From: an uncultured Nitrosopumilales archaeon
GTDB lineage: Archaea; Thermoproteota; Nitrososphaeria; Nitrososphaerales; Gagatemarchaeaceae
DNA length: 32,000 nt
Assembly: GCA_964513805.1 (NCBI GenBank)
Contig: CAZENV010000054.1
Span: 1 to 32,000, forward strand
Direction of reading: 5' to 3'
Every line of letters begins with the position of its first letter. Within the stretch, counting starts at the first letter, position 1. The position numbers and the translations under genes are program-made. Below are positions 1-6,731 of this stretch, one piece after another. The notes beneath the pieces are model-generated. The model ran no database searches, was not told the DNA's origin, and worked only from the letters and a program-made list of their open reading frames with translations.

Positions 1-290
1 GCGTGGGTGCCCTTGCCGTCCTTCCAATATCTCGAAAACTTGCTGTACATCTTGTATGAGCCGAAGTAGAGCTCCTCGGTCTCGCCGTGCTCGGGGCACG
101 TCTTCGTCATCCAGACCTTGTTGTCGCGCTCAAAAACCAGCGCAGGGAGGATCCGGTTGCAGTCAGGGCAGATGGACTGCGTCTGCCGGATGAAATTGCC
201 CTTCGTTACTTCCTTCTTCAGCTCCAGACTGACGTCTACTACTTGGGTCAAAAGAGGACTGACCGAATCCGGTATGGACCAGTTGTCCAT
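1..290 (-). CDS. Radical SAM protein, N-terminal fragment (Tes/GDGT-MAS / MJ0619-like zinc-ribbon cap); the gene runs off the left edge of the window
   Basis: Absent from the ORF track because it is truncated. Reverse complement from ATG (290-288) reads MDNWSIPDSVSPLLTQVVDVSLELKKEVTKGNFIRQTQSICPDCNRILPALVFERDNKVWMTKTCPEHGETEELYFGSYKMYSKFSRYWKDGKGTH. The CPxC...CPEHG knuckle pair is the N-terminal cap I associate with this archaeal radical-SAM family. An AT-rich TTAACTTTT box lies about 30 nt upstream. The radical-SAM core itself is outside the window. Confidence 0.55.
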   Translation of the reverse strand, partial: MDNWSIPDSVSPLLTQVVDVSLELKKEVTKGNFIRQTQSICPDCNRILPALVFERDNKVWMTKTCPEHGETEELYFGSYKMYSKFSRYWKDGKGTH

Positions 291-335
291 TTAAGCCTTT
301 TAACACTTCAGAGGGTGAAAAGTTAATCGCTGAGC

Positions 336-485
336 TCAGGTGCGCCCCTTGATGCCGAAGGTCTTGCGCTCCGGGGTCACTACCACGACCTCGTTACACG
401 CCCTGCAGCGGAAGTATCCGTTGACGCCCCCCTCCGTCTTCTGCTCCCCCACGAACTCCAGTTCCGGGTGCTTGCAGCCGGGCAA
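336..485 (-). CDS. Small zinc-finger-like protein (49 aa, TTG start), tentative
   Basis: Minus strand TTG(485)...TGA(338-336) reads MPGCKHPELEFVGEQKTEGGVNGYFRCRACNEVVVVTPERKTFGIKGRT, with C-x-H and C-x2-C knuckles. It falls below the ORF-track size cutoff. A TAAATAT box (510-516, minus sense) sits about 27 nt upstream, matching the leaderless spacing seen at other genes here. No homology is claimed. Confidence 0.3.
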   Translation of the reverse strand: MPGCKHPELEFVGEQKTEGGVNGYFRCRACNEVVVVTPERKTFGIKGRT

Positions 486-549
486 TCCCTGGCTGGCGCG
501 CTGAGGTTCATATTTACGTTGCGCCCGAGGAAGGAGGAGGGAAGGGCGC

Positions 550-1476
550 TCAGGGACTCCCCTTCCGGGGGCGGGCGCTTCGGCCCCGCGACGTCGAGCC
601 GCCGCCGTCCTGCAGCTCCAGTCTGCCTGCCTTCCAGGGCTTCATGACCAGGTCCCACCTCGAGACCACCTTCCCGTCGTCTGTGACGAGGCAGTCGTCG
701 GGCTGGTTCCCTATGACCTTGCAGGCGTCGTAGATCGTGTCGCCCGGCGATAATCGGCCCGCCTTCTGGGCCTGGAGGTCGGAGACCTTCGCGTCGATCC
801 ACTTCTGCGGGCTGTCCCTCGCCAGGAAGAGGCGGTCGCTCCTGAACATGAAGCGGACCACCGACCTGTCCGAGACGAACTCCCGTGGGCGCCCGTCGAG
901 CATCAGCCTCCTCACGTTGTGGGACAGCATCTTCCGGATGGCTTCGCTGACAGGTCTGTCGCTAGGAATCGAGACCGGCTTCGAGCCGACCGAGGCTGCA
1001 GCCATGTCGGAAGCCAGGGAGCGATTCCGGATGAGCGCCACGACGTCGCCGAGGGTCGCGAGCGTGTGCTGCTGGAGGTGGTCCACCCGCACGTTCCCGA
1101 ACCTGGTCATCTCTACCAGCCGGAGCAGGTCGTCGATGGAGTCGCTGGACAGGCAGGACGCGACCCACATCACGGTCTCCCTGCACGGAGTCCAGAGCAT
1201 CCTGTAATAGTCCGGCGGGCTGGTCTCGGCGACCCGCTTCAGGAGCGAGTAGCCTCCGACGGCCCCGTACATCATGACCCGGGAGTTCGCCGCCCAGCGA
1301 GGGTGGAGGCCGGCGATGATCGGGAGCATGAAGATGTCGTTGAGGGTGAACATGCTCCCCGCGGTTATCAGCGGGGAATTCCCGTCGAAGACGGGCCGGG
1401 GGCTGCGAAAGAGCTCGGGCATGAGGGCGATGATCGAACGCGTTGACGCCGCAGCCGTCTCCTCGCCTTCTGACAT
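550..1476 (-). CDS. CBS-domain pair protein with an uncharacterised N-terminal domain
   Basis: 308-aa ORF. The C-terminal half (..VSIPSDRPVSEAIRKMLSHNVRRLMLDG..VVRFMF..KVSDL..LSPGDTIYDACKVIGNQPDDCLVTDDGKVVSRWDLV) shows the tandem CBS pattern. GGATAATAA (minus sense, about 1499-1507) lies about 25 nt upstream of ATG 1476. The overlapping ORFs 380..802(-), 737..1207(+), 919..1446(+) and 962..1495(-) are Arg/Pro/Gly-rich shadow frames. Confidence 0.65.
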   Translation of the reverse strand: MSEGEETAAASTRSIIALMPELFRSPRPVFDGNSPLITAGSMFTLNDIFMLPIIAGLHPRWAANSRVMMYGAVGGYSLLKRVAETSPPDYYRMLWTPCRETVMWVASCLSSDSIDDLLRLVEMTRFGNVRVDHLQQHTLATLGDVVALIRNRSLASDMAAASVGSKPVSIPSDRPVSEAIRKMLSHNVRRLMLDGRPREFVSDRSVVRFMFRSDRLFLARDSPQKWIDAKVSDLQAQKAGRLSPGDTIYDACKVIGNQPDDCLVTDDGKVVSRWDLVMKPWKAGRLELQDGGGSTSRGRSARPRKGSP

Positions 1477-1773
1477 TGTCAGGGGCCCGAGACACTGGTT
1501 ATTATCCTAAACGGGAACCTTGTGACACTTTGTTCATGGGAATACTCAATATCATCGGTGTCAGGTCGACCCTGCCCTCCTGCCACCGAGATGGAGGCAC
1601 GCTGGAGCGGAGAGACAGAAGGCAATTGGACAAGGGAAGTCCGCCGCGGGTCGAAGGACGACGCACCCGGGACCACGCGCCGTGGCGGGAACCGCTCTTT
1701 CGGAAAGGCAGGCGCGGACTGCCTGGCCGGCCCCCAGTCACGCTTTTAACGGACTGGCCGGAAGAAACCGTCG

Positions 1774-2166
1774 ATGCCTTCCACCTCGCGCAAGTACACC
1801 GGAAGGAACTGCAACCTGGAGCTGCTGGCGGACGGCATCGAGGAGTACTTCCAGACGCACGGCTATACCACCCAGAGCGACAGGCACGGGTCCACTTTCG
1901 CCGTCCAGGCCAGGAAGGAGGGTACCCTGAGGACGGTCGTCGCTGCTGACAGGTCGTTCACGCTCACTGTGCAGGGGGAGCCGAACAGCTTCACGGTGTC
2001 GTTCGGGATCGGGAAGTGGCTCCAGAACCTCAGCGTGGCTGTGCTGGAGGGCTTCGCCATAGGCCCGGCGGTCTTCGTGGCTGAGGTGCCGATCTCGATG
2101 TGGGACTATGAGATCGAGCGGGAGTTCTGGAACTACGTCGAGCAGCAGGTAGAGCTGAAGGTCTGA
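1774..2166 (+). CDS. Hypothetical protein (130 aa)
   Basis: ORF with balanced composition (MPSTSRKYTGRNCNLELLADGIEEYFQTHGYTTQSD...). A CTTTTAAC box at about 1743-1750 lies 27 nt upstream of the ATG. The stop is 4 nt before the TrmB-family gene start, suggesting co-transcription. No family recognised. Confidence 0.5.
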   Translation: MPSTSRKYTGRNCNLELLADGIEEYFQTHGYTTQSDRHGSTFAVQARKEGTLRTVVAADRSFTLTVQGEPNSFTVSFGIGKWLQNLSVAVLEGFAIGPAVFVAEVPISMWDYEIEREFWNYVEQQVELKV

Positions 2167-2170
2167 GCCC

Positions 2171-2935
2171 ATGAGCCTGAGCGAGAGGGCGGGGTCGGCC
2201 CTGGAGCAGCTGGGGCTCACCGGGAGCGAGGTCAAGGCCTACGTGGCCCTTCTCAGGGGAGGGACCATGACAGCCAACGACGTCAGTCGGGCTGCGAGGA
2301 TCCCCTATTCGAAGGTCTACGACTCGCTGAAGTCGCTTCACGCTAAGGGCTGGGTGGAGGAGCAGAAGAGCAGGCCGGTGGTGTTCACAGCGCGGCCGCC
2401 GGACACGGCGATCGAGGAGCTGCGAGCGAGGCAGCAGACGGAGAGGAAGGAGAAGGAGCAACTGGTGCTGGACGAGCTGATGGGCATCTACGCCAAGACC
2501 GGGGAGCAGGAGAGGCCGGACCTGTGGATAATGCGGGGGACCAACGAAATCCGCTCGCGCGTGAAGAACCTCCTCCTCAACTGCAGGGCGGAGCTCCTGA
2601 TCGTGCTGCCGCCGCAGGTGATTCCGTTCATGGACCAGATGGAGCCGCTGATGGGGACGCTGAAGGAGAAGGGGGTCAAGAGCCAGATACTGACGTCGCC
2701 GGAAGCCCCCGAGAAGTCGCTCCAGCAGCTCGGAAAGTACGCCGAGGTGAGGACCAGGAAGACGATGTATGGAGGCGGACTGGTTTCTGACTCGAGGGAG
2801 GTCGTCCTGCTGCTTGCGGGAGGCGAGCAGTCCACGCTTCCGCTCGCGATCTGGGCGTCCCACCACGGCCTGGCGAGCTTCGCGAAGGACTATTTCGAGT
2901 TCCTCTGGAGCTCCCCGGGGACAACGAAGGTCTGA
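2171..2935 (+). CDS. TrmB-family transcriptional regulator (N-terminal wHTH plus C-terminal TrmB-type domain)
   Basis: N-terminus LEQLGLTGSEVKAYVALLRGGTMTANDVSRAARIPYSKVYDSLKSLHAKGWVEEQKSRPVVFTARPP is the canonical TrmB wHTH. It is followed by a coiled-coil (ELRARQQTERKEKEQL) and a roughly 130-aa C-terminal domain. Confidence 0.85.
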   Translation: MSLSERAGSALEQLGLTGSEVKAYVALLRGGTMTANDVSRAARIPYSKVYDSLKSLHAKGWVEEQKSRPVVFTARPPDTAIEELRARQQTERKEKEQLVLDELMGIYAKTGEQERPDLWIMRGTNEIRSRVKNLLLNCRAELLIVLPPQVIPFMDQMEPLMGTLKEKGVKSQILTSPEAPEKSLQQLGKYAEVRTRKTMYGGGLVSDSREVVLLLAGGEQSTLPLAIWASHHGLASFAKDYFEFLWSSPGTTKV

Positions 2936-3005
2936 CGCGGAAGGCCAGCTTCGGGAACCCTTCACCGCAGAATCTATAGCAGGGGACGGGCTGACTCGCG
3001 GGCGC

Positions 3006-3323
3006 ATGAGCGAGGTCAGGACGCTCCTCCGTTTCTGTCCGGCGTGCGGAAAGAGGTTCCACATCAAGCTGGTGGGCAAGAAGCTGACGGACGAGAGGAC
3101 GGAGCAGACAGAAACGAAGCGGGCCGTTGGATTCATCGGTTCCAGCATGGGCTCCGGCAGCTACGGGGCAGCCCAGCCGGTCGTGGTCGAGGAGAACGTG
3201 CCCCTCACGATCGACGTGGAGGAGTTCCGGTACACCTACAAGTGCAAGCACTGCGGGCACGTCTGGTCCGAGCTGCACGACGAAGAACGGAACCTGGAGC
3301 CTTCGGGCGGACCTTCGCGATAG
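3006..3323 (+). CDS. Zinc-ribbon protein (105 aa), function unknown
   Basis: Internal ATG 3006 of track ORF 2769..3323. Reads MSEVRTLLRFCPACGKRFHIKLVG...YTYKCKHCGHVWSEL, with CPAC and CKHC pairs about 70 residues apart. A TCTATAGC box (about 2975-2982) lies about 27 nt upstream. The sequence upstream of 3006 overlaps the TrmB gene. Confidence 0.6.
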   Translation: MSEVRTLLRFCPACGKRFHIKLVGKKLTDERTEQTETKRAVGFIGSSMGSGSYGAAQPVVVEENVPLTIDVEEFRYTYKCKHCGHVWSELHDEERNLEPSGGPSR

Positions 3324-3375
3324 TAGCAGCCTTTCTCGGCATTGGCTTTTTAGCCAGACCCGGAAGGGAAGCCCC

Positions 3376-3735
3376 GTGCTCAGGGACGAGGAGGACGTCC
3401 TAAGGAGACTCGAGGAGGAGGTCGAGCTTACGAAGAAGGAGGCCAGGGCGTACCTCGGACTTCTGAAGACTGGGTCCCTCCCGGCCAGGCAGAGGTCCCC
3501 TGAAATCGCGAAGCTCTTGGAGCTCGGGATGGTCATACTTTCGGGCGACAACAGCAGGTTTATCCCCGTCCATCCGCGGTTGGCGGTCGCGAACCACTTC
3601 AGGACCTGGAGGGAGAAGCTTGTCAAGGAGATCAATGATAGGAGGATGCGGGTGGACAGGTTGATACTGGAGCTCATACCGCTGTATGATGCGATGAACG
3701 AGAAGAGGCTCGAGGGGAGCAGGAGGAGAGACTGA
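3376..3735 (+). CDS. Small TrmB-N-like wHTH protein (119 aa)
   Basis: In-frame GTG at 3376 within track ORF 3127..3735. Reads VLRDEEDVLRRLEEEVELTKKEARAYLGLLKTGSLPARQRSPEIAKLLELGMVILSGDNSRFIPVHPRLAV, which resembles the TrmB N-terminal HTH. A CTTTTTAG box at 3346-3353 lies 26 nt upstream. The earlier part of the track ORF overlaps the zinc-ribbon gene in another frame. Confidence 0.55.
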   Translation: MLRDEEDVLRRLEEEVELTKKEARAYLGLLKTGSLPARQRSPEIAKLLELGMVILSGDNSRFIPVHPRLAVANHFRTWREKLVKEINDRRMRVDRLILELIPLYDAMNEKRLEGSRRRD

Positions 3736-4157
3736 TGGCCGACCATCAGCATGAGATAGTCTTCGTGGGCATGATCAACGTCAACAGGGACAACTACCTG
3801 CAGGGCGTCGTCGATGTGTGGCGGTGCAGGAAGTGCCACGAGCTCTACTGCGACGACAAGCGGTACGGAGAGCCGCTAAAGGCGAGCGTCGGATTCGAGG
3901 TGATCCCGCCTGACGAGCAGTGGGCTGTGCTGACGTGCACAACAGCCAAGGAGGTCTTCATGAACAGCCTCGGGGCCAAGCCGGGCAAGAAGATCGCGCA
4001 CACCTGCAAGAGCGGGGAGGCGCGAGAGCTGACGGTGACGAAAGACTACTCCGTCGAGCCGTCGGGCGGGATGCCCATCCACAGGCTCTACCTCGTGAAG
4101 GACAACATCAACAAGAACATCGAAGCGGGCTACTACAAGCTGACGATGCCGAGATGA
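3735..4157 (+). CDS. Hypothetical protein (140 aa) with one CxxC pair
   Basis: The ATG overlaps the preceding stop (TGATG). Reads MADHQHEIVFVGMINVNRDNYLQGVVDVWRCRKCHELYCDD... No family recognised. Composition is protein-like. Confidence 0.5.
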   Translation: MADHQHEIVFVGMINVNRDNYLQGVVDVWRCRKCHELYCDDKRYGEPLKASVGFEVIPPDEQWAVLTCTTAKEVFMNSLGAKPGKKIAHTCKSGEARELTVTKDYSVEPSGGMPIHRLYLVKDNINKNIEAGYYKLTMPR

Positions 4158-4525
4158 GCACCCTCAAGGCGGCCGCGGGCGTCCTCGCCCTCGCCGACTC
4201 GGTTCTCGGATTGTATCTCTATTCGAGCACGTCGTTCTCGAGCACGCTCGGCGTCTTCGGGACGCTCCTGTTGTGGGCGAGCGCATTCCTGCTGGTCGAC
4301 TCCCTGCTGTGCATCTACGGCGTATACTATGCGTTCCCGGTCGCTGCTGTGCTTTCCGTGGTCCTGGCGGCCGATGCTCCTCTGCTCTTCTCTGGGTACA
4401 GCTACCAGGAGTTGACGCTCTTGGTTCTCTCGCTGGCGGGGTTGGCTCTGAACCTGCTGGCCTACAGGTCTAGGTCGCAACTGTCCGAACAGGCGAACCC
4501 GATGAACCTGCCGGTGTTCGGCTAG
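4154..4525 (+). CDS. Small integral membrane protein (123 aa, about 4 hydrophobic helices)
   Basis: ATG 4154 overlaps the preceding stop (ATGA). Reads MSTLKAAAGVLALADSVLGLYLY...LLLWASAFLLVDSLLCIYGVYYAFPVAAVLSVVLAA...LTLLVLSLAGLALNLLAY, i.e. four hydrophobic stretches. The upstream part of track ORF 3920..4525 overlaps the previous gene. Confidence 0.6.
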   Translation: MSTLKAAAGVLALADSVLGLYLYSSTSFSSTLGVFGTLLLWASAFLLVDSLLCIYGVYYAFPVAAVLSVVLAADAPLLFSGYSYQELTLLVLSLAGLALNLLAYRSRSQLSEQANPMNLPVFG

Positions 4526-5082
4526 ACCCCGAAGGCCTCGAACCTGCCGGCCGCGAGAATGCCGTCCACGTTCTTCTTCAAAGCGTCGACCCTGATCCCG
4601 AAGTAGTGGTTCGCGCAGTAAGAAAGCTGCCTCGAAGCCCGCCGGAGGACGCCAAGCGCAACCGCTTCCTCCCGCTTCTGATGGTGGACGAAGGCGGCGC
4701 ACACGAGAATCAGGCCCTGGAGGTAGCTCTTCTCGTCGCCGGCAGCGGTTCTCCAGACTGATTCGAGCGTTTCGTGGGCCTCCCAGTACCTCTCCGAGTT
4801 GAAGTAGCCGCGCGCCTCGTCGATCAGGGCTTCCTTCGACTTGTAAGGCGGGGCTTCGCTGAGGTTCTCGGAGAACTCAATCTCCGCCATCGGCTCCACC
4901 GCGACCAGGAAGAGCTCAAAGTCCTTGGCCGTGGGAGCGAAGATGTCAAGCTCAAGCCCGCCGTACGAGGTCCACTTCGGGTTCCTCGCTTCCGCCATGA
5001 CCGACTCGGCGAGAGACCTGGCCAGCGCAAGGAAGACGGCGCCTCCCTCTCCTTTCGATTTCAGCCTGACCAGGAAGCGCAA
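4522..5082 (-). CDS. DUF309-domain protein
   Basis: C-terminal half GYFNSERYWEAHETLESVWRTAAGDEKSYLQGLILVCAAFVHHQKREEAVALGVLRRA matches the DUF309 signature (yWeaHE.lE..W...GLIq.Aaa.h). The N-terminal roughly 90 aa are uncharacterised. TTG start at 5082. The 3' end overlaps the convergent membrane-protein gene by 4 nt. Confidence 0.7.
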   Translation of the reverse strand: MRFLVRLKSKGEGGAVFLALARSLAESVMAEARNPKWTSYGGLELDIFAPTAKDFELFLVAVEPMAEIEFSENLSEAPPYKSKEALIDEARGYFNSERYWEAHETLESVWRTAAGDEKSYLQGLILVCAAFVHHQKREEAVALGVLRRASRQLSYCANHYFGIRVDALKKNVDGILAAGRFEAFGV

Positions 5083-5311
5083 ACCGCCATGGACCTCGCG
5101 AGCCTCCTATTGAACAGTGAAGGCGCGCTACGCTTTAATCGGACGACGGGCCCGATTCTGTGCGTGGGTGATGACCGAATAAGCCCATTCGATATGGTGA
5201 GAATGATCTTGAGTTGGGAACCCACGCTTCAAAAGCAGAGCCGCCAATTCCGACCGATTTCGGTTATGAGTTTATATCCCGAAGGGATTTTCGGTCGGCG
5301 AGTGGTCGGCG

Positions 5312-5839
5312 ATGGTGGCAATAGACCTCACTTGCAACTTGGAGGGATTCAGGAGGTTCCTTGTCAACAGCACCTGCCGCAGTTTCATCCCAGAGTCCTA
5401 CCTGCACGACCCTGAGGTCTTCCCGGAGAAGGAGGGAGACCAGGGCTCAATCTACGTGGAAGCCGTGGACAAGGTGGACCTGAAGAAGATTCGGGACGTC
5501 ATGTTCATCAACGCCAGGGACGTACTCGGAATAATCTACACCTCGAAGAGCGGAAACACCAAGCTGAAGTGGAGGCAGCTGCGCGGCAGGATCGGCAGAA
5601 TCTCGGGGGAAGCGTCGGGCAACAGCCTCGTCAACCTCTCCATGGCGAGGATCATCTCGCCGGAGGACGTGGAGGCGATAATGGCTAACCAGCAGGGCGA
5701 GGCACCGGAAGAGGAGTCTCCAGCGCCGCAGGAGGAATCGGAAGTTCCCGAAGAGCGAGTCACGGAGCCGGTGGAACCCGCCCCCGCGCCCGAGGAGAAC
5801 AGCTCCGAGAGCTCGAACGTCGCGCAGGAACAATCCTAG
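5312..5839 (+). CDS. Hypothetical protein with an acidic Pro/Glu-rich C-terminal tail
   Basis: 175-aa ORF. A TTTATAT box (5271-5277) lies about 35 nt upstream. The C-terminus QQGEAPEEESPAPQEESEVPEERVTEPVEPAPAPEENSSESS is low-complexity. No family recognised. Confidence 0.5.
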   Translation: MVAIDLTCNLEGFRRFLVNSTCRSFIPESYLHDPEVFPEKEGDQGSIYVEAVDKVDLKKIRDVMFINARDVLGIIYTSKSGNTKLKWRQLRGRIGRISGEASGNSLVNLSMARIISPEDVEAIMANQQGEAPEEESPAPQEESEVPEERVTEPVEPAPAPEENSSESSNVAQEQS

Positions 5840-5908
5840 TTTTCGTTTCTGGAAACGGAGTGCAAATTCAGAACCCGTTTATATCGGCTGAGAAGAGAGC
5901 GGACAGAG

Positions 5909-6244
5909 TTGGCCAGGGTAAAGGTCAATCGCATCAGCAGCATCACCGACCCCATGACAGGTCTGCCGGCGAAGCAAATCGAGCTCGTCGAGGTCCGCGA
6001 TTCGAGGCGGATGGAGCAGTTTCCCGCTTCGGACGAGGGGAGGGTCATACAGGGTATGCTGTCCCAACTGCAGTCGATGGGGCTCGTCCCCCAGGTCCGC
6101 GACATCGGGTTCTCGAAGGTCACAATGAACCTCACCGAGACGGAGTACGACATGCTCGGGATGCGGCTGGACGTCAACGAGGTGTACGACCTGGACATCA
6201 GGAACGGCACCATCTCACTGCGCAAGATCACCGAAGGAACCTGA
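5909..6244 (+). CDS. Hypothetical protein (111 aa, TTG start)
   Basis: Track ORF. A GTTTATATC box (5876-5884) lies about 28 nt upstream of TTG 5909. Reads MARVKVNRISSITDPMTGLPAKQIELVEVRDSRRMEQF... No family recognised. Confidence 0.45.
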   Translation: MARVKVNRISSITDPMTGLPAKQIELVEVRDSRRMEQFPASDEGRVIQGMLSQLQSMGLVPQVRDIGFSKVTMNLTETEYDMLGMRLDVNEVYDLDIRNGTISLRKITEGT

Positions 6245-6260
6245 ACGGAGGCGAAGGAAG

Positions 6261-6722
6261 ATGGCCAGAGCTGGCGTAGGCGAGAAGGCCCCCGACTTTA
6301 CGCTCCAAGACCAGAGTGGCAAGACGGTCGCGCTGCACGACTTCGCCGGCTCGAAGAACGTGGTGGTCTACTTCTACCCAAAGGACTTCACGCCGGGATG
6401 CACAGCAGAGACGAAGGGGTTCAGCACAGTGTACGACCAACTGCGCGAGATGGGGGCGGAAGTGCTGGGAATCAGCAGCGGCACGGTCGGAACGCACAGG
6501 GAGTTCGCAGAAGCGTGCGGGGCGAGCTTCAGCCTCCTGGCAGACGAAGGCGGGAAGGTGAGGAAGCTCTACGACGTACAGCCGTCCATGTGGCTGATCC
6601 CCGGCAGGACCACGTTCGTCGTCGACAAGCAGGGGGTCATCCGCCACGTCTTCACGTCGCAGACGAATGCGTCCGGGCACGTCGCAGAGGCCATCAAGGC
6701 CCTGAAGGCCCTCTCAGGCTAG
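6261..6722 (+). CDS. bcp: Peroxiredoxin, Bcp/PrxQ type (thiol peroxidase)
   Basis: GEKAPDFTLQDQSGKTVALHDFAGSKNVVVYFYPKDFTPGCTAETKGF contains the PrxQ/Bcp active-site motif (YFYPKDFTPGCT). SD-like GGAGG/AAGGAAG lies upstream of the ATG. Confidence 0.9.
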   Translation: MARAGVGEKAPDFTLQDQSGKTVALHDFAGSKNVVVYFYPKDFTPGCTAETKGFSTVYDQLREMGAEVLGISSGTVGTHREFAEACGASFSLLADEGGKVRKLYDVQPSMWLIPGRTTFVVDKQGVIRHVFTSQTNASGHVAEAIKALKALSG

Positions 6723-6731
6723 GCAGAGACG

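Noticed and set aside
2030-3839. Very long antisense ORFs (2030..3148 -, 372 aa; 2676..3839 -, 387 aa). Similar ones occur elsewhere: 17371..18615 -, 20011..21093 +, 27670..29145 +, 28355..29299 -, 25695..26504 -, 11127..11999 -.
   Set aside because: They lie opposite genes with clear family signatures (TrmB, AbrB-PhoU, KdpB, ClC, SQR-like, DUF72). Their translations are Arg/Pro/Gly/His-rich low-complexity sequence, typical of shadow frames in GC-rich DNA. No motif of any known family was seen in them.
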